49,795 nucleotides of DNA from a virus. Lineage: Duplodnaviria > Caudoviricetes. The notes under the pieces were generated by a model. That model saw only the letters and a program-made list of their open reading frames with translations. It had not been told where the DNA came from and did not search any database. The position numbers and the translations under genes are program-made. The stretch spans positions 1 through 49,795 of the IMG/VR virus record IMGVR_UViG_3300012663_000597, one strand, 5' to 3'. Shown here one piece after another: positions 26,664-38,300 of the stretch. Within the stretch, counting starts at the first letter, position 1; each line of letters opens with the position of its first letter.

Positions 26664-29600
26664 TTATCTTGATAAGAACCAACCAAGGGCAACGGGTGCT
26701 CCGTCTATGCCGCCTGTAAAATTCATTTTTGACTTAATGTTTATTTGTCCACCACTAGTAGTAGATATCGAGTCGTTTGCTACATATATTACACCCGAAG
26801 TCAGTGTATTTACGTTTAATGAGCTCTGTCCGCCACCAATTTGGGCTGTAATATACGCCTTAATTGCTCGCTGAGTAGGAACTATATTATCACTGTCTGC
26901 CGTAAAATACGGGTCTGTTGAAAACTGACTAATAGTTGCACTACCAGTTCCTACTGTTAGACCAGTAAGTTGCAAGCTCTGTAGTCCTGACAAGTTAAAC
27001 GCATCAGCATTTAATGTAGCAGTACCAGTTGACTGTTGAACTCCAAACAAACCGCCAACGTTAAAGTTACCGTCTTGGTCAGTTGATGTAAAGAATACAC
27101 GACCACCGCCTGAACTATTAGTTTGTGCTGCAATACTAGCAGTAGTAGGATCAACAAATGGATAATTTGTCTGGGTCTGATTACCTGTTCCAATATATAA
27201 GAAATCGTGTCCAGTTAAACGTACTTGCGAGTATTTAATTGTAGTTGTTATTAGATCTCCGTCCTTAGGCGCATTAAGCACACTTAGTCCTGGACTAATT
27301 TGGAAGTTAGCTGTATATGCTCCAGCCTCACCTAACACATTTGATACTGCAACCAACTTGTGCCATACACCTGATATTGAATCAAAGACTACGTTAGAAC
27401 CGGCTTGTGGTACTTGATATAGATTTCTTACTGCAACAAATGTACTTGGTTGATATAAATCAGCATACCCGTCACCACCTACACCAATTGTTGCGGTTGT
27501 ATACCCAGTTCCTCGATTAGTAAATGTTGGGTTTGCCAAAACTCCGTCGCCTGTTCTAGCAGTTAGGGGCGCAGTTACTACTTTGTTTGGATCAAATTGT
27601 GTAACTATTGGGCCAGCACGGTATGTACCAGACAGCGTAGTTCCTGTAGTTAACACTACTGGAGTTCCACTTCCTGCAACTAGACTAACTTTAAACTGTG
27701 TACTTGTAATAGTTGCACCAATTACGTAGTATACCGCTTCTGTAACTAGGCCGTAATCATCTAACCCTGTAAAACTTACTGGTTGTAAATCTACTAATTT
27801 TTCAGTAATGTTAGTTGTGATCAAATTAGTACTAGCTGCTGTAGCACTAACTGTTCCCTTAGGATATGCAGATCCAGGTTCTATCATTCTAACTTCGATG
27901 ATTTCTCCGGATAACGATTTCATTCTACCTAGTGCCCTTGCACCAGTATTAATGCTAGCCGCAATAGTGCCTGAGGTAGCAGATACTGCAACCCACATTG
28001 GTGTCTTGTTAGGATTACCAAATGCTAGACCTTGCCAGTTGGTGCTTGAGCCAGGCATAGCTCTTGAGTACCAATTAATTCCGTCCGAGCTAACTGCACA
28101 TACTGTTGATGCGTTTGCTACTGCTATAAATACGCCTTGGCCGTATTTAATATTAACCCATGTTTGACTTGATGGTAGTCCAGGTGTTGCTGCTGTCCAA
28201 GTAAGTCCGTTATCAAGACTATACGCAGTAGTTCTTCCACCACTAGCAACAGCAACCCAGCGTCCGTTACCATGTGCAACACTGGTCCATGTAGTGCTTG
28301 ACGGCAAATTGCCGCCAGCTATCCAAGTAGAACCGTTGGTACTGTATGCTGTTGTTTGCGCACCAGTTGATACTGCAACAAATCTGCCTGCGCCGTATGC
28401 TACATCCGACCAAGTACCGGCTGTTGTAGGAAGTGTACGAGAAACCCAGCTTGCAGCAGTTGTTGAACTTGCACCAGATGCAGTACCACCAACTACTACC
28501 CATACCCCTGCACCGTAAGCTGTTCCTGCGGCTCCAGTAAATCCTACTGGTAAATTGCCGCCAGCTGTCCATGCCGCAGTGTTAGCATCAGTTGCTGACA
28601 AATATGATGTTGAAATAGTGCCGCTAGCAACTGCAACAAACTTAGCATTAGTATCAGTAATGGTCACCGTTGGCGTTGAAGTATATCCGGTTCCGCCAGT
28701 ATTTCCTATAATTACACTACTTACGCCAGTATTAGTAAACACTGCTGTACCGGTTGCCTGATTGCTTGATCCACCGTTAGTAAATGTAACAGTAGTAGAA
28801 CCATTGCCGTAATTTTTACCTCTAGAATTAATAATAACTTTTGATACTCGATCAGTAGCGGCTACAACTGTTGGGGCTACACTATATCCAGATCCGTTAA
28901 TAGTAACTGTTACAGTATCAATTTTTCCGTTTAGTACAGTACATGTTGCTGTTGCACCTGAGCCGCCTGACACTGGGGTAAACACAATAGTCGGAGGAGT
29001 AGTGTAATTAACACCGCCGTTAACAATAGTAACACTAACTACTTGATCGGCCCCAGGTAGTCCAATACTGTTAGTAACGCCCATAACTGCTGTTAACACC
29101 GCGCCCTGGCCACCAAGACCGCCAACAACAGCGGTTGCTGTTGCTCCTTCACCACCGCCATATGCTAAGTCAACCCAGGATGCACTAGTCGATAATGCGC
29201 CACCGTTTGCCCATGTTCTGCCATCAAGTGAGAAATTAGTAGTAGTACCACTACCTGCTATGGCAACATATTTGTTATTACCGTATGTTACTTCTCTCCA
29301 TGCTGCGGTACCAATTAATGTTCTTGCAGTTGCTACATATCCAGGATGCGAATAGCTAATTCTTGGCTCAATAATATAGCCGGTAGTTAAATCAAGGCCT
29401 GTTGCAATTGATCTGCCCGGAATAACATGATCCCATCCAGCTGCTAGAACCCCAATAGTCAACGCAGTCACGTTGTTAGTAATAGTGACAGCTGTTCCAC
29501 TTGCACTAACTGTACTAACAGAGAACTGTGTAGCCGAGAAGTTAGCAGTTCTAATATAATACGGAACGTTTGCAGACAATCCAGTTGCGCCACCAGTGCC

Positions 29601-32600
29601 AGACATTGAACCAGTTAAGTAAACTCGCATTCCTGCAAATAGTGTTGCTGTACTAGCCACTGTTAACAAATTATTAGTCACTGACGTAGCAGTAACAGTT
29701 AGTGTTTCAAAACTATCTTTATAAACCTGGGCAACTTTTGTGCCGTTGTTATAAGTTAAGATATTAGCATATTGTCCAACTCCTGAACCAGCAGTTAATT
29801 GAATACGCATTGTAGGATACGCTGCACTTAGCGCAACATCCGAGTTGGCAATTGTAATGGATACAGTGTCTCCACTTTGAGCAGCATTGATAGCGTTTAC
29901 GTAATTAGTGCCGCCGTATCCGTTACCATCATTTAAATCTACCAGTCTTGTTTCAAACACACTAGCATCACGGAACTCATCTGCTACGGCAGTTGCATTA
30001 ACGCCTGCACCTGCAATATCAATAGTTGCGTTAGTATAGTTTGTACCAGCATTATTAAATTCTACACGCCATACAGGATCATTGCCGTCAGTGATAACTT
30101 CGTTTGCATATGCTTGTTGAGCTTTATTATCAAGCACTGCATAAATTGGTTGTTCGTATGTGTCAGTGCCTTCAGCAATAACTCCATATGTACCATAAGA
30201 GCTGTTACCGTTAGTAGCACGGATGCGTCCACCTAGTTCAGCCATGTACCCAGCATAGCCGTAGTAGTTAAACACTGAAACAAGTTCTGTTAGTGAGTTT
30301 GCGCCAGTACACCATACGCCAAAGCCATCACTAATAATAGTTGTAAAGTCGTTCTTAACCATTGAGCGATTACCGCCTGCATGGATAGCGCCGTCAATCT
30401 TAGCGCCAGTACACCCTGTTCCAAACATTGATACGTTTTGTGAATAGTGTGATCGTGTGTTAACCCACACATTACTGTCGTTTGGACCAAACCCGGGGTT
30501 TAAACTAACATATGCACCGGCAGTTGGACGTTTAGTTCCAAAACTATTAACTGGACTTAGTGTGCCAACCAACCCGCTAAGTGTACAATTTCTTAGACCA
30601 GAACCGTTGCTCACTAAGAACATATTTTCTTCTCGAGATCCTATAACTGCACTATTGTACAATCTTGCTTGACGTTCAGATTTGTAATTACCTGTGTAAT
30701 TTAAATCGTACACAATTGCACCGGCAAAATTTAAGATCTTATCTAACCATTCTTGCTCAACTAGATAATACTCAACCGGCATTGAACCAGTTCCGTTAGT
30801 AAGAATATCTATTTCTATCAAACTACCGTTTATTGCCGTTAGTGTAAATGTTGATGTAGTTGGTGTTTCTAATACCCAATATTTTGTATTGGCTACTACT
30901 CCTGCGGCTGCAATAAGGGTACCAGTAAAGATAACTGGGTCGCCTACTTTTAGATTGTGAGGAACACTAGTTGTAAACCTATTATTACTTGCGGTTGTAG
31001 TAGTTACTGTACCGCCAAATGTGGTTTTAACATAGTATAAAGTTTCATACGCAATAAAACTAGCGTTCTTTCTTAGTACTTCACCGCCTTGAATTGTAGC
31101 TAAGGTGTTATCATAAGTTAGTGTACCATTAACTTCAGCAAATTCTCCAGCTGTAAATGTGGCTGTGAGTCCTGTTACTGTTGCTGAAATAGTAAATGCG
31201 GTGCCGCTTTGATAAGCAGTTGTTAAAGTAACTGTAGTAGCGTCAACAATACTGTTAATCCAATATGTTCTATTATTAATTATTCCGCCTGCGCTTCCCG
31301 ACAAGCCAGTAATTCTAACAGGCATGTTAACATATAAATCTTCTGTTGATGTAACTGTTAGATAGTTAGTTGATGTTGTTACCGCAGTTAATGTAGTACT
31401 AACTACACCAGAAATACTTGCAGCAATATCATCAATAATACTTGCGGCCTGCGCCACTGCACCGGCGCCGGCAATCATCTTAGTTTTCCAACCAATAAAA
31501 TTAATCGATCGACTTGTTTCTTCAAGCAACGAGTTAACTACTACTAGTGCGCTAGTTACTGGAGCTAAGTATCGGCGGCCGGCTATTGATGAGTTAAAAT
31601 TACTACCGTATAATAAGTCATAAGCCAATGCATCAACAATGTCACCGGCATCTCTAGCTGCTAAAATTTCATCAAACGCAGTAGACTGATAAAACTTCTT
31701 AATCCATACTACAGAATCGGATGCAATTTCAGATCTCTTTGAAAGAACTTTTGTATGAGATGCTTGTAATGCTGAAGATGAGCCTGCTTTATAAGAGTCA
31801 ATTGTAGCATTTGCAACTGCGTTATTAATCCAGTCAATGACATCTTGTACACGCTCTTGCGCAAACGTACCAGCACCGGCACTGCCCGCAGTACCAGACG
31901 ATACTCGAGGAGTTGTATTGCCAGCAGTTGGTGTAATTGTTCCTTTAGTAACAATTAGAGCAATGATTGTTTTTAACCTATTCAATGCTGTTAAGGTGTC
32001 AGTTAAGAAAACGCCTCTAAGTTGTAAAACACTATTTGAATAATATGCACGACCCGCAATTAACGATTGTCTATTTCCACCATAGGTTATATCATACTGG
32101 ATTGCATCAAGAATATATCCAACATCACGTTTAGTTTTTACTTGGTCACTTGATGCATAAAGTTCGTAATCACCGTTAACTGTAATGAAAGCAGCAATTT
32201 CGTCTTTCATAAACTCATAGTTTTGTACAATTTGTGCTCGACCATCACCGTAATTTAAAGTTGCACCAGTAGCATTGCCTGTAGATGCATATGCGGTATC
32301 AGTTAGTGTTGTATTATAATTAGTTGGTGTTGGTAGTACAAATGCAGGAATTCGTGTTAGGCCGTTTTCAAGAATATCTCGAATAAGTGCAGTGTTAGAC
32401 ACTACACTTTGGAATGCAACTAAACTACCAACGCTACCTGCTGGAAGAGATGTATTTTGAGTTATTGGGTTTGCGCCTGTAGGAGTAACTGGTTGATTTG
32501 TTACTAAATTAGCGGCAAACGATCGGACATGGCCGAGCGCACCTACAGATACTCTAATATCATTTACTAATTCTGGAATAGCAGGTGAAGGTTGAACTAC

Positions 32601-35336
32601 TGTACTACGTAATTCATCGCCAACTATTGCAGTATATTCCGGTATAACCATTGGCAACACTTCATTATATGTTCCTGTTTTAACCGATATTGTAGTGTTG
32701 GCATAGATTGCAGTAGGAATTGCTGAAACTGCGCCGGCTTCTATTCCTGAAATTATGATTACTAATAGACTGCTTATTTGAGGTACAACCCCAGTTTCAG
32801 CAACTAAACTGTTATCAACAGTTTGTGAAACTGCGCCAACAACACCATTAAGAGTTTGATAACTTGTTCCATTAGTATTTGTTACAATTTCACCAAGTAA
32901 TATATTTAAATAATTATAGGCTGCTACTGTTTGTGTAGCTTGAGCACCAAAATTGCTATTAATGTATGCGTTGCCTGCAGAAGTGTAGTATGCTTTAGCG
33001 GCAGCAGTAGTTTTAGCATTACCTCCATGTGATAAGTCAAATTTAATTGCATCAACAATTAATCCAACATCACGCTCGCATAAAGTTTGATCGTAACTTA
33101 ATGTGCCCGTCATTGATCCTGTGCCGGTATTTAACTGGCGTAATGTTCCGCCTGATATATTAGAAATAGTAAATGTATTACCAGGTAATATCGATTTAAC
33201 ATAATAAGTAGTACCTGCAACTACTCCACCAATTGTTCCACTAAACTTAATAGGCATATTTGCAATTAAGTTTGCAGTTGATGAGCATGTAAACACATCA
33301 GATGCTGCATCAGCGGCGGTAACAGTAATCGTGTATGTATAAATTACCCACTGGGTAATTTCTTTCATAATATACTGCTTGTTTATTTCAATTAACTGTT
33401 TAGCTTGCGGATTTAAATATCCGTTTTCAATTTGTTTAGTAGCAAATTGTATAGTTTTCCAAGGTTGGTCAATTGTTGCGCCAGCTTCTGGATAAGGTGT
33501 ATCGACTCCTAATGGGCCTACGTATACTAAATTGTTGATAAGACCGTAGTTTGCCCATACAGGAAATCCATCTTGGCTTCTTAATACTTGACCGTTTATA
33601 CCTACTGGCAACCTTGTTGGGCCATTTGGGCCATAATAAAGAGTATCGCCAGCGGTTGTTAACAAATTAGATTCAGCGCCCGCTGCTAATAAATTCCAAT
33701 ACTCTCCGCTTAGATCAGCATCAGGTCGATTACCGCTAGCTGAAGTATGTGCGTCAACGCACACATAACTGCTTCCGCCAAACGTTACTACATCACCGAA
33801 CAAATAATCGGTATCAGTAGTCCATGTTACTGAACCGCCAGTCCATGAAATTGACGCAATCGGGCCCGGGGCACCGGTTGTTGTTAATACTGTAATAGTA
33901 ATATCGTTAACTGGAGATATGCCACCTACAGCAGAGCCAAGTACTTTGATCGTATCGCCTGCTGCATAATTTGAGCCTGCAAATCCTGTTGCAATGCTTA
34001 CTGAGTATACTGTCCCTGATCGAGTTACATCAAATTTAGCGCCAGTTCCAGACGATGTAATGGCGATTGATGAAACAGCCAAATATGTTTCTGGTGTGTT
34101 AGTCCATCTAAATCCTGTATTTAATAATGCCCAATATGTGCCATTAGTAGGGTCTTGATTATCGTTATCTAATAATGCAACATATGTGTAGGCGCCTCTG
34201 CGAATCACGTTACCTACTAGGTAATCAGTTGCACTAGACCATTCACCAACAAATTTAAATCCGGTAGTAAATACAGCCCAATCAGCTGCATTTGTAGTTG
34301 GTTGTTTATTAGAATGATTAGTTTTGGAAATATATGAATAACCGCCGTAGGTTACAGTATCGCCAGGCTGATAAACTGTTACATTATCCCAAGAATTTTC
34401 GTATTCAAATCCGCTAACAAAGATATCCCATTTAGATTCGTCAAACGGGTCGTCTGACACATGGTGATTAGTACATATCCATAAATTTGCACCGTACTTA
34501 ACAAGATCGTTTTCTTTATATCGAACAGTCGATGAACTCCAATCGCCTAAATAAACTACACCAGTATTAAATGCATCCCATTTATCTGCGTTAAATTCTA
34601 AACCGGCTTCAATTGAGTTGTCGCTGACATGTCCGGTGATACACACATATGTACTGCTGCCGTATAAAACAAAATCATTTTTACGATACCTAGTATTAGT
34701 ATCCCAATTGCCTTCCCAGTTAAATGACTCTGCAAATAGATCCCACTTACTTAAATCTTTTTCTAATCCTAGTTGGCTAGCGCCAGATACAGTACCTAAT
34801 GTTGAAACAGTATATGTACCAGTTAACGCAAATGTAACTTGTGTTGTTGTACAACTTACTACTGTAAATGTTGTGTTTACGGTATTAACTGTGCCAGATG
34901 TTTGAGTTGGGGTAAACCCCGCAAGTGTAATAGTTGCACCAACAAGAAACGGTTGTACTACTTGTGAAGAATATGTAAGGGTAGCTGTTCCGGCACTAAC
35001 GGTAAATCCAGTAGCTGTTAAAGTAGCATTTGTAGTTGCAGACTCGTGTGCAGTATTACAAATGTAAACTAATGCACCATATTTAACAACTGCACCCGGA
35101 TTGTAGTAGGTCTCTGCTTCCCAATCACTTTGCCACTCTGTACCATCTGCTACCACATTCCATTTTGTTGGAACAAAATCTAAATCAGTACCAAATAATC
35201 CGCTAGCTGTATGGTTAACTACGCAAATGTAGCTTTTTCCGCCATTACTAACTACGTCGTCTACTAAGTACGGGGTACCTGTAGTCCATGGACCTTTCCA
35301 TACAAATCGAATTCTACCTAGTTTAAATTCAGCCAT
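26664..35336 (-). CDS. Giant modular virion appendage protein 1 (2890 aa; fibre/baseplate-associated)
   Basis: N-terminal CBM5/12-like 'W...T.Y..GDVV.YGG..Y.C...H.S' repeats; interrupted pectin-lyase-like beta-helix; 'W..VAYG.G.FVAV' propeller-like repeats; C-terminal domain shared with the paralog. Confidence 0.8.
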   Translation of the reverse strand: MAEFKLGRIRFVWKGPWTTGTPYLVDDVVSNGGKSYICVVNHTASGLFGTDLDFVPTKWNVVADGTEWQSDWEAETYYNPGAVVKYGALVYICNTAHESATTNATLTATGFTVSAGTATLTYSSQVVQPFLVGATITLAGFTPTQTSGTVNTVNTTFTVVSCTTTQVTFALTGTYTVSTLGTVSGASQLGLEKDLSKWDLFAESFNWEGNWDTNTRYRKNDFVLYGSSTYVCITGHVSDNSIEAGLEFNADKWDAFNTGVVYLGDWSSSTVRYKENDLVKYGANLWICTNHHVSDDPFDESKWDIFVSGFEYENSWDNVTVYQPGDTVTYGGYSYISKTNHSNKQPTTNAADWAVFTTGFKFVGEWSSATDYLVGNVIRRGAYTYVALLDNDNQDPTNGTYWALLNTGFRWTNTPETYLAVSSIAITSSGTGAKFDVTRSGTVYSVSIATGFAGSNYAAGDTIKVLGSAVGGISPVNDITITVLTTTGAPGPIASISWTGGSVTWTTDTDYLFGDVVTFGGSSYVCVDAHTSASGNRPDADLSGEYWNLLAAGAESNLLTTAGDTLYYGPNGPTRLPVGINGQVLRSQDGFPVWANYGLINNLVYVGPLGVDTPYPEAGATIDQPWKTIQFATKQIENGYLNPQAKQLIEINKQYIMKEITQWVIYTYTITVTAADAASDVFTCSSTANLIANMPIKFSGTIGGVVAGTTYYVKSILPGNTFTISNISGGTLRQLNTGTGSMTGTLSYDQTLCERDVGLIVDAIKFDLSHGGNAKTTAAAKAYYTSAGNAYINSNFGAQATQTVAAYNYLNILLGEIVTNTNGTSYQTLNGVVGAVSQTVDNSLVAETGVVPQISSLLVIIISGIEAGAVSAIPTAIYANTTISVKTGTYNEVLPMVIPEYTAIVGDELRSTVVQPSPAIPELVNDIRVSVGALGHVRSFAANLVTNQPVTPTGANPITQNTSLPAGSVGSLVAFQSVVSNTALIRDILENGLTRIPAFVLPTPTNYNTTLTDTAYASTGNATGATLNYGDGRAQIVQNYEFMKDEIAAFITVNGDYELYASSDQVKTKRDVGYILDAIQYDITYGGNRQSLIAGRAYYSNSVLQLRGVFLTDTLTALNRLKTIIALIVTKGTITPTAGNTTPRVSSGTAGSAGAGTFAQERVQDVIDWINNAVANATIDSYKAGSSSALQASHTKVLSKRSEIASDSVVWIKKFYQSTAFDEILAARDAGDIVDALAYDLLYGSNFNSSIAGRRYLAPVTSALVVVNSLLEETSRSINFIGWKTKMIAGAGAVAQAASIIDDIAASISGVVSTTLTAVTTSTNYLTVTSTEDLYVNMPVRITGLSGSAGGIINNRTYWINSIVDATTVTLTTAYQSGTAFTISATVTGLTATFTAGEFAEVNGTLTYDNTLATIQGGEVLRKNASFIAYETLYYVKTTFGGTVTTTTASNNRFTTSVPHNLKVGDPVIFTGTLIAAAGVVANTKYWVLETPTTSTFTLTAINGSLIEIDILTNGTGSMPVEYYLVEQEWLDKILNFAGAIVYDLNYTGNYKSERQARLYNSAVIGSREENMFLVSNGSGLRNCTLSGLVGTLSPVNSFGTKRPTAGAYVSLNPGFGPNDSNVWVNTRSHYSQNVSMFGTGCTGAKIDGAIHAGGNRSMVKNDFTTIISDGFGVWCTGANSLTELVSVFNYYGYAGYMAELGGRIRATNGNSSYGTYGVIAEGTDTYEQPIYAVLDNKAQQAYANEVITDGNDPVWRVEFNNAGTNYTNATIDIAGAGVNATAVADEFRDASVFETRLVDLNDGNGYGGTNYVNAINAAQSGDTVSITIANSDVALSAAYPTMRIQLTAGSGVGQYANILTYNNGTKVAQVYKDSFETLTVTATSVTNNLLTVASTATLFAGMRVYLTGSMSGTGGATGLSANVPYYIRTANFSATQFSVSTVSASGTAVTITNNVTALTIGVLAAGWDHVIPGRSIATGLDLTTGYIIEPRISYSHPGYVATARTLIGTAAWREVTYGNNKYVAIAGSGTTTNFSLDGRTWANGGALSTSASWVDLAYGGGEGATATAVVGGLGGQGAVLTAVMGVTNSIGLPGADQVVSVTIVNGGVNYTTPPTIVFTPVSGGSGATATCTVLNGKIDTVTVTINGSGYSVAPTVVAATDRVSKVIINSRGKNYGNGSTTVTFTNGGSSNQATGTAVFTNTGVSSVIIGNTGGTGYTSTPTVTITDTNAKFVAVASGTISTSYLSATDANTAAWTAGGNLPVGFTGAAGTAYGAGVWVVVGGTASGASSTTAASWVSRTLPTTAGTWSDVAYGAGRFVAVSTGAQTTAYSTNGSTWIAGGNLPSSTTWTSVAHGNGRWVAVASGGRTTAYSLDNGLTWTAATPGLPSSQTWVNIKYGQGVFIAVANASTVCAVSSDGINWYSRAMPGSSTNWQGLAFGNPNKTPMWVAVSATSGTIAASINTGARALGRMKSLSGEIIEVRMIEPGSAYPKGTVSATAASTNLITTNITEKLVDLQPVSFTGLDDYGLVTEAVYYVIGATITSTQFKVSLVAGSGTPVVLTTGTTLSGTYRAGPIVTQFDPNKVVTAPLTARTGDGVLANPTFTNRGTGYTTATIGVGGDGYADLYQPSTFVAVRNLYQVPQAGSNVVFDSISGVWHKLVAVSNVLGEAGAYTANFQISPGLSVLNAPKDGDLITTTIKYSQVRLTGHDFLYIGTGNQTQTNYPFVDPTTASIAAQTNSSGGGRVFFTSTDQDGNFNVGGLFGVQQSTGTATLNADAFNLSGLQSLQLTGLTVGTGSATISQFSTDPYFTADSDNIVPTQRAIKAYITAQIGGGQSSLNVNTLTSGVIYVANDSISTTSGGQINIKSKMNFTGGIDGAPVALGWFLSR

Positions 35337-35357
35337 TTCTTATATCCTTTGACATTA

Positions 35358-35365
35358 TATTTATC
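35358..35365 (-). promoter_or_regulatory. T4-like late promoter motif (GATAAATA)
   Basis: In the 57-bp gap, upstream of AAGGA RBS and ATG 35336. Confidence 0.65.
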
Positions 35366-35393
35366 TCAGTGTAAATCTTACACTTTCCAATTG

Positions 35394-38300
35394 TTATCTT
35401 GAAATACTTTTCATGAAAAACGCCATGGCCATTCCATCGCCATCCCATCCGCCGTCTTCAAATCCATTAACATTTACTTTATTTGGCATTCTAACTTGCC
35501 CGCCAGCTTCTTCAGATAGCGTACTTCTAATTATATCCGGGTTACCAATTGATACTGTACCAGCAATTAAATTTCCAGTAAACGTGTTAGCGCCACCCTG
35601 GCTCAATCTGGCAGTTAGATATGACTTGATTGCCTTCTGTGTCGATATAATATTATTACTGTTGGCAACAAACGTAGATTCAGTGCTGAACTGTGTAATA
35701 ACAACGCTATTACCGCCAATTGCAATACCTCCTAAACGAAGTTCTGATAATCCTTCAAGTCCAAACTGACTCGCACTTAAGGTAACAATACCAGTTGCTT
35801 GTTCAACAGCAAATAATTTACCTACTCTAAAATTACCGTCTTGATCGGTTGAACTATAAAACACCCTACCGTAGTTTGATTCTACTGCTTCGTTTTGTGG
35901 AGACAATACTGTTTCTAAAGGTAGTCTTGGGTAATTAGACTCTTCAAAATTTCCATATCCAATATTTAAATAGTCATGGTTTGTTAATCGAACTTGACTA
36001 TATTTTGTTCTAATAATTAAATTAACTGCGTGAGCTGGAGATAGTGCAGTAGTCATTGACGGAGAAATTCCAATCAATCCCCTTACGTTAGGAGCAACTG
36101 TTCCGTCTAATGCTTCAGCTTGAGTAACTTTATACACTGTAGAGTCACCTGTTATTACTAAATTATCTCCGGGACTTGGTAGTTGTGTTAAATTATTAAA
36201 AATTATTTCTAATCCAACCTGGAAATTTTCAGCATATCCACTACCTGATATATAAATTAATGTTGAAGTAGTGTTATATCCTGATCCTCTATTATAAAAT
36301 GTTGGATTACCTAACACGCCGTCACCTAATGCTGGCTGGACTACTGCAAATTTAGTAGCGTTTGAGTCGGCAATAGTTACAGTTGGGGATGTAAGATAAT
36401 TTGATCCTGGATCCCATTCATTAACTAGTACAATTTTATCTTGATATAATTGTGCCCGTGCCTTAGTTTGACTGCCAGCTCGTATAAGGGCTACGGAACT
36501 TTGACCTGATACTCCAACAAATAACCCTTTGTCGTCAATATCAAATCCAAACACTGTTGTGCCAGAGCCGGCTGGTACTATTTTAGTAAACCAAACAACT
36601 CCATCTTCGCTAATATATCCTGCTGATCCAGAATTTGGAGTGACTACAAATACTCCATTGCCGTATGATATGTGATTTCCAGCAATTGAATATCTAGACT
36701 GATACCATGTTATTCCATCAAAACTGTATGCTGTTTTATTAGTAGAACTTGACACAGCTACAAATCGACCGTTGCCGTAAGTAACACTTGACCAAGTTAT
36801 TATAGATCCAGGCAGTACTGAAGCATTCCATGTAATGCCGTCGTTGCTATATGCACCCGCAGCCCCTACAGCCACAAATATTCCAGCGCCATATGCTAAT
36901 CCTGTCCATGCAGAGTTTGTTAGTCCAGTTCCTGCTGCCCAAGTTGCTCCAGAGTTTAATGAATATGCAGAAGCAACACCAGTAACTTGATTAGATATAG
37001 CAACAAACTTTCCATTACCGTATACTACTTTTTTCCAGGTGCTAGAAACAGGTAAAGTTGCAGATTTCCATGTAACTAAATTACTGTTAGAATACAGCAC
37101 TGTATCTGATGCTGAGCCTCCCGCAATTATTACCCAGTAACCATTACCGTATGCAATACTAGTCCACGATCCAACTAGTGGAAGTTGTTGTTGAGTCCAC
37201 ACACTGCCGTTAGTCGATACTGCTAACGATAAACCGCTTGACGGCACTGCTACAAAAATATTATTATTATATCCAATTGCAACATATGTTGTGCCAGGTG
37301 CTTGTATTACTATATTTGTGTTTCCATCTGTTTCAAAATTTGGTTTAGAATATGTAATTGCAGGTTCAATACTGTAGACTGTTGTAGAGTCAAAAGAGCT
37401 TGCCAGCGGGTATCCTGGATTAACATGATCCCATCCAAGCTCTCCCATCCTCATCGATCCAGTACTATCAGTTAACGCAAGAGTTGATCCCCCAACTAGT
37501 TCACTAACTGTGAAAGTATTTGAAGTGCCAGGAGTTATAGAAGTTACATAATACGATCCCGATCCAATAACTCCGCCAATTAATGGTACGCTAAAAGTGC
37601 CATTCATTGATCCAGTAGCAGCCGTAAACGTTTCTTTTACAACAGTTGATGTACCAACTAAACTACCCCCTGTTGCTGTTGTTACTGATAATAAAGCTCC
37701 AGTAGTTCGAACACTACATGATCCAGTACCAGCAGTTAAGGTAATTGCGGTCCCGGTAAACCGGCTAGTAGCAGTCATAGTACCACTAGTAGTAGATAGT
37801 ACTACACTAGCCGATGTGGTTCTAGCAGTCATCGATCCCAAAGCAGTTGATAATGTAACTTGACCGCCGCCCTGGGTTGTACTAATTGTAAATGATGTTT
37901 CATCGTTAACTGCTGATATAAAATATACTCGACCTGATTCAATTCCGCCTATAGATATGCCACCAAATATAATTGGATTATTTGCTACAAATCCGACAGT
38001 TGATGATACTGTAATTAAATTTGATACTGTTTCTGTTTCAAGTGCTTCTACCGAAATAATGCTAGGAGAAATTCGTAGTTTTGTAGGACTAATAATTCTG
38101 CTGACGTAATATTCAGTACCTGCGGTAATCCCACCAAATGTAGTGCCTGCAAATACTATTGGGTTTAACGGCATTAAGTTTCCAGTATCGTCCACTGTTA
38201 ATTCATTTGTTATCGACTCTGATGCAGTTGCCGTTATCGATAATAATGTTGAGGTATTACTAATGCTAAAAAATGATGAATTAGCTACGTAATGAATATA

